Made by a program: the position numbers and the translations under genes. A stretch of DNA of 64,000 bases from NCBI GenBank assembly GCA_965645245.1, contig OZ287079.1, forward strand, positions 496,001 through 560,000. Reading direction: 5' to 3'. Positions 1 through 11,925 of this stretch are shown in pieces; positions within the stretch are counted from its first letter, which is position 1, and every line of letters begins with the position of its first letter. The DNA is from Massalongia carnosa (taxonomy: Eukaryota). Below the pieces are notes generated by a model that had not been told where the DNA came from, ran no database searches, and worked only from the letters and a program-made list of their open reading frames with translations.

Positions 1-500
1 ACAATGTGAAGAGACTAGTGATTGCTATACTAATATACTAAAAGAAGTATGTAGGTAAAGCGGAAGACTAATTGTTGAAGATTGCATCTCCCTCGAGCAG
101 CCTCCTTATATACCCGGACCGAAGCCCTTGACCCTCTGGGCCCTTGATACTGTAACTATCTTGACCGCCTATTACTCCTACCGGATAAGCCGGCTAAACA
201 CTCTGCTGAATGCATCGTGGACACTGTGCTGACTGTATCGTGGACACTGTGCTGACTGTATCGTGGACACTGTGCTGACTGTATCGCAGACACTGTGCTG
301 ACTGTATCGTGGACACTGTGCTGACTGTATCGTACCATCCGCTCACTAATCGTACGAGCATCCTCGTATATCTCGATCGCTCGTACTATACTCTCGGCAG
401 TAGATACTGCAGACCAGCTGCTTCCCATATGACTAAGCCTAGCCCTAGAACTAAGCCCCGCTTAGTTAGCTTTAGCCCTTATTCCTTCTATGCCCTGACA
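1..500. mobile_element. LTR-like fragment (right end ...CCCTGACA), truncated by window edge
   Basis: Ends in TGACA like the other solo LTRs here; no coding capacity; contains internal tandem repeat. Left end and TSD not visible. Confidence 0.45.
215..333. repeat. Tandem repeat, 23-bp unit x5 (tcgtggacactgtgctgactgta)
   Basis: Five consecutive copies read directly; fourth is a variant (tcgcagac...). Confidence 0.95.
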
Positions 501-501
501 A

Positions 502-1502
502 ACCGTGATGTTAAGGATAAAAAGTGCTGTTCAGCAGTCTTTGTCTGTCACGGAATCGCTTCGCACCCTCCCACTTGTCCTGATCGGGTTAGTATTTAAC
601 AGGGCCCATTGCTAGGAAACCTCACCTATGGTGCTCAGGCATTCTTCTGCCGCCCTCAGCGCACTATCAATCTCCTACCATCCGTATCCAATCTCAACGT
701 CTCCACTATCCAGGCTTATGACTGAGAGTGCCTGGCACAGAGAGATTGCTTCAGCACAGATAAAGGCGGGATAGGTCAAAGCAATCATGTTAAGGAAATT
801 AGTATAGGGACCGAGATAGGGCAAGTCGAGAAAGGGGAGTTGAAAGCCATGGCTATAAAGTAGATGTGGTTTTCCAGGTGTTTAGAGCTCTCCATCGGAC
901 GTCTTGTGTATTATTCTCAACTTCTAGTTTTAGCATATCTAGATATCCGTTCTGCAAGATAGAGTCTTGTATCTCTCCAGCCCTCCCCTGACATTGTCCC
1001 ATAACTGGTCACCCTCTGCTAAGCGAGGTGATAAGATTATCTGAGCAGATATTATCTAATCTCTAGGCTAAGCCTAATACGGCATCTACAGTTTCTGTAG
1101 GTAGTTGCTATGTTCATTGAACTGGTAGGTGTTCACTGTACTGGTAGGAGTTGAATATTCAACATATACTGAGTGCCGTATTTCTTAGTTTCACGGCAGT
1201 CGACGATTTCGAGGACTTCATATTCTTCATGAGGACTGGATTCGGCGTCTTCTTGAATTAGTATCGGGGGACCCGGTTTAATAAGTTGTTGAATATCCAA
1301 TTCCTACCAGCACAGTGAACACCTATTAGTTCAATGAACATAGCACCTACGGCTGTCGTAGATGGACAGGCCATCTACGGAAACCGTAGATGCCGCATTA
1401 GGCTTAGTCCCGAGATAAGATAAGATCACCTCGCTTAGTAGAGGGTGACTAGTAATAGGAAAAGATTGCTGCATAGCAACTCTTCATCCTAAACATCACG
1501 GT
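502..1502. mobile_element. Non-autonomous foldback/MITE-like element with long imperfect TIRs, interrupted by a solo LTR
   Basis: 502 accgtgatgttaaggataaaaagtgctg is the inverse of ...actcttcatcctaaacatcacggt at 1502; arms continue (999-1165 vs ~1285-1460: tcaccctctgctaagcgaggtgat / atcacctcgcttagtagagggtga; ctatgttcattgaact / agttcaatgaacatag). Confidence 0.75.
546..993. mobile_element. Solo LTR (family B)
   Basis: TGTCA...TGACA termini; 5-bp TSD ttgtc at 541-545 and 994-998; similar along its length to the LTR at 9639-11156. Confidence 0.9.
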
Positions 1503-2615
1503 CATACATACCTTTATTATTACATAGCCATATAGCCATAGTCATATACCTATTTCAACATAAGTTGACCGGGAAGGGGTTCGTAGGAGCCAGATGAAGT
1601 TTCCATGGATGAAATATCGGTAAATTACTGAGATGACCCCCAAATGACCCCCCCATGTTATTTCGGGGTGAATTACCGTAATACACGTAATTTTGCTTCT
1701 GGCGCTGTCACGATGACCCCCAAGAACTGTAATTAATTGAAGGGGGTTATTTGGGGGTTATTTGGGGGTTAGAATTCGAAATCGGTCTAGAAGTAATATT
1801 GCGATCGCACGATTAAATGACTAGTACAAGGAAAAGTGACTAGATACCTATATAAAAATATACGGAGAACATCATAATACAATGTCATGATCTAATTTTC
1901 CTTCCTAGACTGTCATGTTTCAAAATGTCATTCCTTCATAAAAAAAACTGCCTCCGAAGAAGTGGTAGATGGAACGTAGCTAGCCGGCAGATGCCCTGTC
2001 TACTTCGTGACACAAAACACGATTGCTTATCCTTTCTCTCTGTAAGGATAATTTCTAGACCCATTTATTGACTCGGCTTTGTCCCTCGCCCTTGTCGTTT
2101 TCGAGGAGGTGACTTGTTTATTAAGTCAGCCAATGACACTTCTCTAGAGCTTTCTAAAGCTGCCTTCGCTAAGTTGGCATGCTTTGTGTGTAAAGCTTCT
2201 TGCGCTCTCACAGTAGGTTTCAATTTCCGTCCAAATCTAGATTTACGAGGTGAGATCAGTGCCCGGTCACGTTCTTTACCTTTCTCTAGCAAGCTCTAAA
2301 TTTACTCCTCCGCCAGTATATTATCAGCTTCCTGTCGCTCATCCGCTAATGTATTCTCGACTTCCTCTCTCTCTTCCGATAATGCATCGTCTTTCTCGTA
2401 CGGAAAGTCATCAGAATCATAGCCCACTGGTGTTCTCTCTCCTTCCGAAAGTGGTGTTGGCTCTCCTAATAGAATGCGTAAAGGAAGAGGACATCGTCTT
2501 TGAGGATACGTCTATAATGGGCGGGTGAACAACTTTCTAAAAACTGAAGTATGCGACGATGAAGCTGGAGCTATATGCTCGAAATGAGGGACGATAATTT
2601 GATACTGTCGCTCTG

Positions 2616-4760
2616 TCAGATATCTTCGACCCTGCTCTCAATAATTAGCCATGAATTAATCTTAAGGTGAGTATGTACCTGTTTAGCATAAAGTATTCGT
2701 TTTTTACGAGCATCTTCTTCGGCCGCCTCTAGAAAGCGATGTTTGTAATTTCTATGTCCCTGTAGTGTTCCAGCAAACGTCTGATTCATATCAAACCTTT
2801 GAAAGTGTTGTAACTGTGCCTCGTCCATATCTAACCACTCAATAGCCCAACGAGCATAGTTCTTCTGCTCTTCCTTAGTCTCTTCTGATGAGTCTGTTAC
2901 AATTGACGACGATTGAGATCGAGATAAGGAATCCATTTCACTCTCGAGTGTAATGTTTTTGTCGCGATGAGATGTAAAACTCTTGTCACTCTCGGTCGCA
3001 ATATCTTCATCGTTTTGAGCCGAGAATCTGCGAGACCTAAAAACAAGAGATCGATCACTGAATCCATCCCAGTCACTTATGTCAGTATGAGCACTCATAT
3101 TGTCGCTCTCGCGGTCATGATTGCTGACGCTATTATTGTCATTAGAGTCATTGTCATTATCTTTATCAACTTCATCTTCGTTGTGACTAGATTGAGACAC
3201 AGAAGCAGTTCTGGATCTGCTACTTGCAGTACTAGCAGAAACGTCACTCGCGGAAGGTCCCGAGTGACCACATGTACGCCTGTTATGTTGAAACTCTTGC
3301 AGATTGAGCATCTCATCCTCTACTTTGATAAATTAAATTGTTTTCTTCTCTTACGTCTGATTTTTGGGCGACCAGCCTGGACTAAAGATTCCGGTGGTTT
3401 CACATCGGCCGCTGGGAGAACATTGAGATCAATAGGCTGTAAAAATGACCGGTATGTTGCCTTGTACTCAGCGATTGTAAAAACGGGACTGACAAAATCC
3501 TCTGGTTCTCTTTCTTGCTTCAGACACAACGCAACGGCAAGATCACATGGCATCTCATAATCCTGAAAATCATGACAAGTACACGTCTTGGCTTCCAGAT
3601 CCACGATGTGATGACTTCCAGTACCAGTAGTGACGATACCGCGGAAAGGACGCGAATTTTGAACAGTATACTCGGCCGATTGTTTCCGTCCATCTTGAAT
3701 CCATCTCCAGGCATAATCAGTGACTTTATCTGTCTTGTATTTTAGCTTGTGCCGTTCATAAAGCTTTTCCATGCATTGATTCCAAATCTGATGGAGACAA
3801 AGCAATGCGGGCATGTGACGTGCCTCCAGCCAAATATTATTTTGCGACTCTTGAGCACTAGAACATAATTGACCATATCGAGGACGAGGAAAAGCATATA
3901 CAGCCCACTGCTCTGGAGGTATGTCTTCAATATAACTTGCGCAATTAGGTCTCGTCGCTCTAATTCTGTTGAGTATAATATTGGATTTTGCCTGTGTTTT
4001 AGCTTTGGCCGCATCCCAGAAAAGATTCCGATATGTTTTCTTCCATTTTTTATCGACATTGTCTCCGAGATGTTTGCAACAATGAGCACTTAAAGCGACA
4101 GGGAAATGATCAGATACTGCATGTTTAATACCTTTGTTGCGATCACTAATAATCACTGCTTGTCGTCCCGAGCGAAATCGAATATAGAATACCATTGCCC
4201 GTAAAAAATAGATCCAGTTATCTTTGTTCTCGACTGGGACCAATGCCCACGCCAGTTCCAATACCTGGTTGTTACCGTCTTGAGTAACAGGAGACAAGAT
4301 CACAAGCCCGTCCGATGTCTTGCAAAGCGGTACCATCACACTGAAACACCGAACGACAATGACGAAAAGCACGCTCAGTCGCTTTTGGCAGTACCCAACA
4401 CCGTTTGAAACGACCGTTCTCATCTTGCTCAGATTTGTCCATGCTGTTCGTGTATTGTTTTGTTTTTCGCATGCTGACAAGAAAGCAGGTATATATTGAA
4501 AGCTTTGCTTAATATTGCCAAACCGCTTAATCTTGAGAAACTCTTTCGTGCGCCACATCGCCATATAGTTTGTGTTGTTTCCTTGACTGGAAGTCTCGAC
4601 GGTCATTAAATGCCTCGATTTAACCCGATGATCGGATTGCACAAGCGCTTGATTTGTCTTGTTGGTGGCTAAATACTGAACAGCATTGCTGAATGGCCGG
4701 AGTGGTTCGATATGGCACAGGTATGAGGGATCATTTTAGAGAGTTTCCCTGAAATCCAAT
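2616..4760 (-). pseudogene. MuDR-type transposase (MULE DDE + SWIM + Zn knuckle), frameshifted and 5'-truncated
   Basis: DGNNQVLELAWALVPVENKDNW, IISDRNKGIKHAV, HCCKHL, SWIM CTCHDFQDYEMPC, CSICKSF; split over several frames. Confidence 0.9.
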
Positions 4761-4794
4761 GTCAGTACTCGTATTCACCCCCATTTGCAACATA

Positions 4795-6131
4795 CAGTCC
4801 CGTGTCAAAAGTTTCCGACTCTACCCGCGATTTTCGTGATTTCGCGTTTTAACCTACCAACCCATCAACTTTGACCTCATCATTTCACCATGCCACGCAC
4901 TCCGTTGACTTCAATTTCTGGTAATAAGCCTCGTAATACCGAATTGAATCAATGTCAAAGAGGTATGATTATTGGAGCCCAGGCGTTGGGGCATGCACCG
5001 GCCGAAATTGCAAAGACATTAAATGTGCCTCGAACCACCGTCATTTACACTCTTCAAAAGCACCCAGAACGCAACAACGAAAAGTCCAAATCGCGATCGG
5101 GTCGGCCTGAAATACTTTCGAACCGCGATCGAAGACGTATCATCAAACTTGCGCGAATCAATCCACGCATCACCTACGCGCAGCTGCGTACGGAGGTTGA
5201 GGTGCAATGTAGTCGATCCACTCTCTATCGGACGCTCAAAGACTATGGTCTAACAAACTGGCTGGCTAAAAAGCGACCTTTATTGACGCCCGAGGTGGCA
5301 AAGAAGAGACTGGACTGGTGCTTGCTTCGGCGTGAGTGGAATTTTGAGCAGTGGTCAAAAATAATATGGTCAGACGAGTGCTCGGTGGAAAAGGGGTCGG
5401 GAAAACAGCGTCAATGGGTGTTCAGGTTTCCGAACGAAAAATGGAAAAAACCTATGATACAACCGTACGGCAAAGGAAAAGAGGTTAAGGTCATGGTATG
5501 GGGGGCTTTTTGGGGGGGGGGAGGTCGGATCTTTACAAATTGGCCCGCGATTTCGAGGCAAAGAAGATGGGGTACTCCGCGAATTTATATTTGGAATTAT
5601 TGCACGATAATCTGCTTGGAATTTGGGAACCAGATCTCATTTTCATGCAGCATAATGCCCCCATTCACACTGCCAAAAAGGTGAAGAAATGGTTCGATGA
5701 AAACGGTATAACAGTCATCGATTGGCCCCCTTATTCTCCTGATTTGAATCCCATCGAGCACGTTTGGTAGGTGCTCAAAAAGCTCGTCTACCAGGTCAAT
5801 CCGGACATCGACTCGGTGACTGGTGGTGATGATAGGGTCCGCGAGGTACTTTGGAAAGCTTTGGAAGAAGCATGGGCCTTGATAGATGAGGAAATGCTGA
5901 AGAGTTTAGTAGTCAGCATGGAAAGGAGGATTGAAGCTTGCATCCAGTCAAAAGGATGGTATACGAAATATTAAAAATATATTTCTCAGCCCAATATACT
6001 TGCTATAATGTATGTAATCATCGTACGAAGTTTCAAGACATCAAAAAAACAACTTGATAGTTGATAAGTCAAAGCAGTGGGGGGGTAAAAAGTTGATTGT
6101 GGGGCTGTCGGAAACTTTTGACCTAGTACTG
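4795..6131 (+). mobile_element. Tc1/mariner element inserted in the left TIR of the pogo element
   Basis: TIRs cagtcccgtgtcaaaagtttccgac / gtcggaaacttttgacctagtactg; TA TSD 4793-4794 and 6132-6133. Confidence 0.93.
4890..5974 (+). pseudogene. Tc1 transposase pseudogene
   Basis: HTH, WSDE, FMQHNAPIH (catalytic D replaced by H), WPPYSPDLNPIE; frameshift in G-run near 5511-5521 and stop at 5768-5770. Confidence 0.92.
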
Positions 6132-6441
6132 TACCCCCATTTGCAACACGCTAGTTAGTAAACACCCCACCAAAATCCGAAAAACCTTTACCTTTAAGCT
6201 TTGCATGCCACCAAAATTGCTAGTAATTGGAAGCCAACTGATGAAGTCGGTTCGGAATAATCTGAACATTTATTGACCTTAAATATCCAATGGCTGCATC
6301 AAAAGAACTGGAATTGAGCTTTGTATATACGTTTAAACCTCATCTTTTCACTCCCCCTCCTTTTCCACCCCACTTTCCAGCTGTCTGACAGCAGCAGACT
6401 GTCCTAATAACTTTCCCTTGACCAATCGATGTCCTCTAATC

Positions 6442-7680
6442 CCCATGTACGGAAAACTCAAGAAAAAATGACGAAACAATCGGGTGCACTGACCAGGATC
6501 TCCGCGTCCACATGGGGAGCCTCGTTCTCGAAGGCCAGACAGGTTTATATTGCGGTCGTTCGTCCGGCAATAACCTACGCATCCGCCGTATAGCACACAC
6601 CGAAAGAAATAGGGAAAAGCAAAGCCGCGACGAGCAAGCTGGCGGTCATGCAAAACAAGTGCTTGCGATCAATAACGGGTGCATTTCGGGCCACCCCGAT
6701 TCCAGTATTGGAAACCGAAACGCACGTGATGTCTATAGAATCGCATTTGGAAGAACTACAAGTCAAAGCGAGATATCGCCAACGAACCGCCGGGCAAACG
6801 AGACTCATCTCATCTTTCTGCAAGGAGATACAACGCAAGTTGCGCGGAAAAGCGGGCAGGGAAAGATCGCCGAAACCGACCCCAGGAATGCTCAAGCACG
6901 AATGGGCCAAAAACACAGTGATCAGCGCCATACCCACCGCAGCCCCAGCGCGGCACCCACCCTGGATCACGCCTACGGAGCAACACATGCTCACAGCCAA
7001 TGCAGTAAGGATGAATCGCAGCGCTCACACGAAAGCCACAAAAGCGCATTACAAAACGAAATGGCAGACAACCTGGAAAGCATATCAAGATCGCGTACTC
7101 TTTCCCACCGAAGCACAGCGCGCTTCCTTAACCAAATGAAGAATCAAAATACACGACAATCTGGCAAAAGCGGAAAGCGCGTTAGCTACTCAAATTCGCA
7201 CGGAAAAAATAGGTCTAGCAAGTTTTCTATTTAAACGACGAGTTCCCAACGTGACGACGGCGGCCTGCAGCTGTGGTTGGCCCCAGCAAACGGCCAAACA
7301 CGTAATCATGCACTGCCCATTAATGACGGGAAGACAAGAGCTGTTTCGGCGTATAAATACCAACGAGTATCGTACGATACTCGAAACATCCAAAACATTG
7401 AAACAGGTAACGAGATGGATTATCGAAGCTGGCGTTTTAGCGCAATTTTCTTTATCGGCAAGCTTGTTATACAAGCAATAATTTTCTTTTCATTCAAGGG
7501 ACTCATCGAAAAAAGCACACGAGCAGCACAGCTGGAGGTCGTTGGGGCCTCGTACGCGCAGCGTTGGCAATGGGTTTTTATTCCTCTTAAAGGTTTTCCT
7601 GTAGCATAGTAGTCTATCCCGCATGGGCCGGCCTTCGGCCGGTGACATATCGGCGTAAGAATATATCTATCTATCTATCT
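6442..7680 (+). mobile_element. 5'-truncated LINE (Tad1-like non-LTR retrotransposon), ORF2 3' end
   Basis: QNKCLRSITGAFRATP (post-RT region), LLQIRTEKIGL...CSCG..QTAKHVIMHCP CCHC finger, (ATCT)n tail, 13-bp TSD atgtcctctaatc at 6429-6441 and 7681-7693. Confidence 0.9.
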
Positions 7681-9638
7681 ATGTCCTCTAATCAACGAGG
7701 TCTTCTAGTTTGAGCTTCGAAAAAGCGATACTGTTAATCAAGAAGGCGTTGCTTATGTTGGATCGGAGGGAGTTTTTTTAGGATAGGTCCTGAAGTCCCA
7801 TCAACATCATTTGACAGATAAACTCAGGGCAAATGAACATGTGAAAGGACTATTTATACGTTCAGAGACTTTTTATTGGCTCGGAGGAGGAGGATCATGC
7901 GTACGAGGCGAGTTTCTAGTTCTTTAATCAAGCCTATGCGACGGCTTTATTGTCCTACCACTTCGACTGATGCGCATTTCTTTCATTCTATTCGCCTCCG
8001 GCTCAATCATGAAAGTCTTTTTTGGCAATGAATTTCCTCTCGATCGCTTCTTGATAAGACTGGGCGAGAGAAGTATGATTAAATCCGAAGGCGGAGGAAG
8101 TATCGGAGGCCTTTGAAGAGCTTTCTTGATAGGACTGCGTTGTTTTGACTCCATGAATAAATCGGGACTGAGTTTGTTGAAAGATTTCACCAAAAGATTG
8201 AACTCTTTGGTCATTTGTTTATCAGTCTTTTCCTTTTCTTTGCTAGCTAGTTTTTGCTTTCGTTCCTCGAGAACCTCCGAATTCATGATTCTAGCAGTAC
8301 CATAATGTCCCTTCGCTCGATTTGCTCTCTCGTGTTTACGACGAGCAGCTACAAGAAGTTCTTCGTTTGTAATCCTGAGAAGATGACTGCTTGCTAACGC
8401 GGATTTGCAGGCCTTTCCAAGCTTGTCGAGAATCAATTGACTTGAGTCATTGTCAGTCAATTGCTCTATCAAATTATTGACTTGATCTGCATTTGCTGGA
8501 GTAAATGCCACTGAAACAGAGACATCATTTGAACCCATGACTGTCATTTTCGGAGGCGTAGAAGGATGAGGTGGACTAGGAAGTTTTTGAAGAACTATAG
8601 CAGGACTGAATGGAAACAACCCACTTTTGGACCAGGCATGCTGAATATTTTGAGTGGATAAAGCTCTTTTTCGAGCCTTTTGATAAAGAAGCAGAAAGTC
8701 TGCTTTATCAATTGAATAACCAACTCCTAGTCTAGTATACTTCTCCAGTTCCACCCGATAGGCCGTAGACAATAGATGAAAAACACCAACGTCTAAAGGC
8801 TGAAGCATGTCCGTTGAATGAGAAGGAAGACATAAAAGAATGATGTCTTTTTCCTTACAAAACTGAATCGCTTCTGAAGTAAGATGAGAAGCATGTCCAT
8901 CGAGAATAAGAAGACGATAGCGACCTTTTAAACGGCTTCGTATTTCCGGTTCAAAACACTGCTTTAACCAATCCAGACCGATTTCATTGTTTGTCCATCC
9001 ATTCTCACTAAGAGCAATGTGACCACCTTCATTGATAAATAAACGCCAGGCCTTTTGCTGTTGTTTACCTTTGAAAATAACCCATGGTTTAAGAACCGCT
9101 CCATCAGCAGATAGATATTCGATTAGAGAAACCCATTCTCTATTACCGCATTGAGTCAATAATGCTGGTCGATCATGCTTAGAGCAAATTACTCTGAGCT
9201 TGCCCACTAGTCCCATAGCAAATCATTTTTCATCCATATTGTAGCAGTCCTCCTCATTGAATCTATATTGATTAAAATTCTTTGCGTACAGCTGAAACCA
9301 TTGATTGAGCATTTCCGCATTATGAATTAAAGCTCTTTCCTTGTCCAATGCCTGACAAAACACAGTATCCAACTCTTTATGACGGGATAAAAATTTGCTC
9401 ACCCAATTGATACCCAAATCATTGCGATCGTCTCGCTTTATCAGCATTTCTAACGCCATAGAGCGAAGTGTCAAAGACTGGGCAGGGGATTGAACTAATG
9501 TTCCTAGTTGTTGGATTGGGTGATCAAGATGTCTTTATTAATGAGGCTATAGCTTGGTGATGGTTTGCTATACAAGACGTCGGACAAGGAGTCAACTATC
9601 TAATGAACTTGTCCTTTTATATTTGTCTCGAACCCCTT

Positions 9639-11156
9639 TGTCATGGAATTACCTCGCACCCTTCCACGTTTCCTGATCAGGTTAGTATTTAACAGGCTTT
9701 CTTGCCGTAAAATCTGCCCTGCATGTTGAATGGAACCGTGGCCCGTTATTCCGAACTATCCTGAAATCTCACCCCGTGTGTTCGGACGTTCTTCCGCTGC
9801 CTTCAGTGCACTCTCAAACTCTTATATCCCGAATCCAATCTCAACGTCTCCACTGTTCAAGCCTACGACTGAGATTGCCCAGTGTAATACGGATGGCGCT
9901 AGAGGGATACATGATCGCCTATGGCGGTTGCGGGATTAACTAGCGTGGACCATGCCGTAGTACGAAGTCGAATAAGCCGTCGAGGCTGGCCCATCTTGCC
10001 CCGAAACTTCGGAGTTATTGTTATCACGTTCTTGACTACTTACAGATCAAACACCTGTCGAGGCCGTGGTGGTAGATTGCCATGGAGTGTAAGGCGGACT
10101 CCTGTGGAGACGCCAAGGAACTCTATATGGGATCTACTGGCCTACTCGGAGCTACTGGATCTCTTGATGGTTCAAGAGAGGTAGCAGGAGGCACGGCTCG
10201 CTGGACGCAGCTTGAGCTAGGCTCCCCGGTGTAAACTTCAGCTTCAACCTTTATTACTACGTTGGTAGTGATGTCGGCTGAATGAACCTACATGACCTCG
10301 TTGTCTAGACCTTGTGTCTAGAGGCAGGTCCGCAGTGTAGCGAGGTATTCAGTCGGAGGTAACCTTCCATCACTAGGTAGTGGTGACGGCGAAATGAAGC
10401 TACATAGCCTGAGGCATGTAGTGAGGGATCTAGCCGGGGGTAGAATTGTTCTACCTTGCAAGGGAAGATCTAGAAGGCTGCTCGAGGCTGACTAGATGAT
10501 CCAGCGAACGCCGAGTTCGTGGATGGATCCTGAGGGATGGTTGGATGTAATGCGATAAAGTCGGATGTGGATTGCAAGGCTGTAATGCTCGCAAGACTCC
10601 CAAGGCTTGCAAGGCTCCTAAGGTTCCAAGGCTCCCAAGGCTATAGGCTTGGGGTGAGTAGGATAAATATCAGAACGAATCTTGTAGTATTCGTTAGCAA
10701 TTAGTCTTTATTCTATGAACAACCTACGTTTGGGTCTCGGACGAGATCTCTTGGTCTAAGCACTTCCACATCCATTAGTTCTTTGGATCACGTATACTCT
10801 CGGAGACTAGCACGTAGTAGCTATCTTCCTCCTCTCACGCTGAGCATTTCCCCTTTCGAGATCAGTGTCGCTCGTGATAAGCTTACTGGTCTCGTAGCCC
10901 ATTACACCCAGCAGAGAGAGATTGCTTCGGCATGAAGAAAGACGGGACAGGTCAAAGCGATCATGATTAGGAGATTAGAACAGGAATAGAGATGAGGGCA
11001 AGTCAAGAATAGAGGAGCTGGAAACCAAGGCTATAAAACCTATGTGATTTCCCAGGTATTTAGAGCTCTTCGTCGGACGTCTTGTATATTATTCCTAGAC
11101 CTAGCTTTCTAGTAGTAACTCTTGCATATCTCCCTATCTGAACCTTGTCCGTGACA
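9639..11156. mobile_element. Solo LTR (family B) nested in LTR A
   Basis: TGTCA...TGACA; TSD ccctt at 9634-9638 and 11157-11161; homologous to 546-993. Confidence 0.9.
9883..10906. mobile_element. Solo LTR C (1024 bp) nested in LTR B
   Basis: TGTAAT...ATTACA; TSD cccag at 9878-9882 and 10907-10911. Confidence 0.88.
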
Positions 11157-11925
11157 CCCTTTGCATGAAGATTCGATCAGTGTTCATCTCCCCCTATTAG
11201 GAGACATACGGCACGAAGGTTTGACGAGGGGTTTGACGAGGTGTTTGACGAGGTGTTTGACGATAAAAGGTGGAGATGAGGTTCTCCTGTCGTTGGTACG
11301 CTTTGATGGTAATGGTACAGCTTTAACCCATGAAGCCGTTGAGAGGGGTCTAAACTTGATTTGGTTAATGAGATTCTGACTAAGCTAAATAGAGGAACGG
11401 GAGCTTAGTCAGATTCATCCGCGGGATTGATTCTGGATCGGGTTAATTCGATTTCATGACAGTCGAAGTTGTGTTACACGAGGAGGCCAGCCCCATGCCT
11501 CCATTTGTATTGTTCAGTCCACGAGAGCGGATTCCTCCTCCGGAAGTAATCGCTGCTGCAATCGAGCAGCTTCTTTATGAGTTTTCGTTTCTGCAAGTCG
11601 TCTAGTAAGGGTGGAATGAATAATACCATGCTGACGGGCGATTTTTCGAACGGATGGCTTGTCTTCGAAAGCTTTGGGACCGGCTTCCCAGTCATTAAAT
11701 GACTCTCTATAAGCAGCAATAGCAAGCTGAATGCGCTCCTCTTTGGGCAGTTCGTCTGCTGAGTTCATAATGAATTAATTAAGTTGACAATGCAGAGAGA
11801 AGAGGGAGAAATGTAAAAAATTTGATATACCGGAGTTAGCGGATTTTAATGCGGGTGCTTACTAACTAGCGTGTTGCAAAAGGGGGTGTGTTGCAAATGG
11901 GGGTGAATACGAGTATTTCTTTGTT

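Larger units (their letters stand above)
9469..11461. mobile_element. Solo LTR A (about 470 bp once nested LTRs are removed)
   Basis: TGTCA...TGACA; cgaag duplicated at 9464-9468 and 11464-11468 (2 extra bases GT on the right); internal 12-bp tandem repeat at ~11218-11262. Confidence 0.75.
7924..11768 (-). pseudogene. pogo/Fot1 transposase (psq HTH, CENP-B HTH, DDE_1) split by LTR nest
   Basis: N-term 11514-11768 (EERIQLAI..VRKIARQHGIIHSTL), WGWPPRVTQLR|LRSMA joined across the insertion, YNMDEK, LILDGHASH, LPSHSTDMLQPLDVGVF; internal stops. Confidence 0.92.
4768..11913 (-). mobile_element. Fot1/pogo DNA transposon carrying nested Tc1, LINE and LTR insertions
   Basis: TIR ctcgtattcacccccatttgcaaca / tgttgcaaatgggggtgaatacgag; TA TSD 4766-4767 and 11914-11915. 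Confidence 0.93.
1618..11925 (-). mobile_element. MULE/MuDR element copy 1 (one TIR, disrupted by nested insertions, 5' part lost)
   Basis: TIR cggtaaattactgagatgacccccaaatgacc at 1618; 1618-4767 closely matches 11926-15109; resumes for 10 bp (tttctttgtt, 11916-11925) after the pogo insertion. Confidence 0.9.

Noticed and set aside
215..333. 23-bp repeats resembling a CRISPR array
   Set aside because: Head-to-tail with no spacers, eukaryotic context; a minisatellite inside an LTR-like sequence.
2967..3560. Hydrophobic plus-strand ORFs (also 13304-13645)
   Set aside because: Antisense shadows of the acidic, low-complexity MULE transposase tail.
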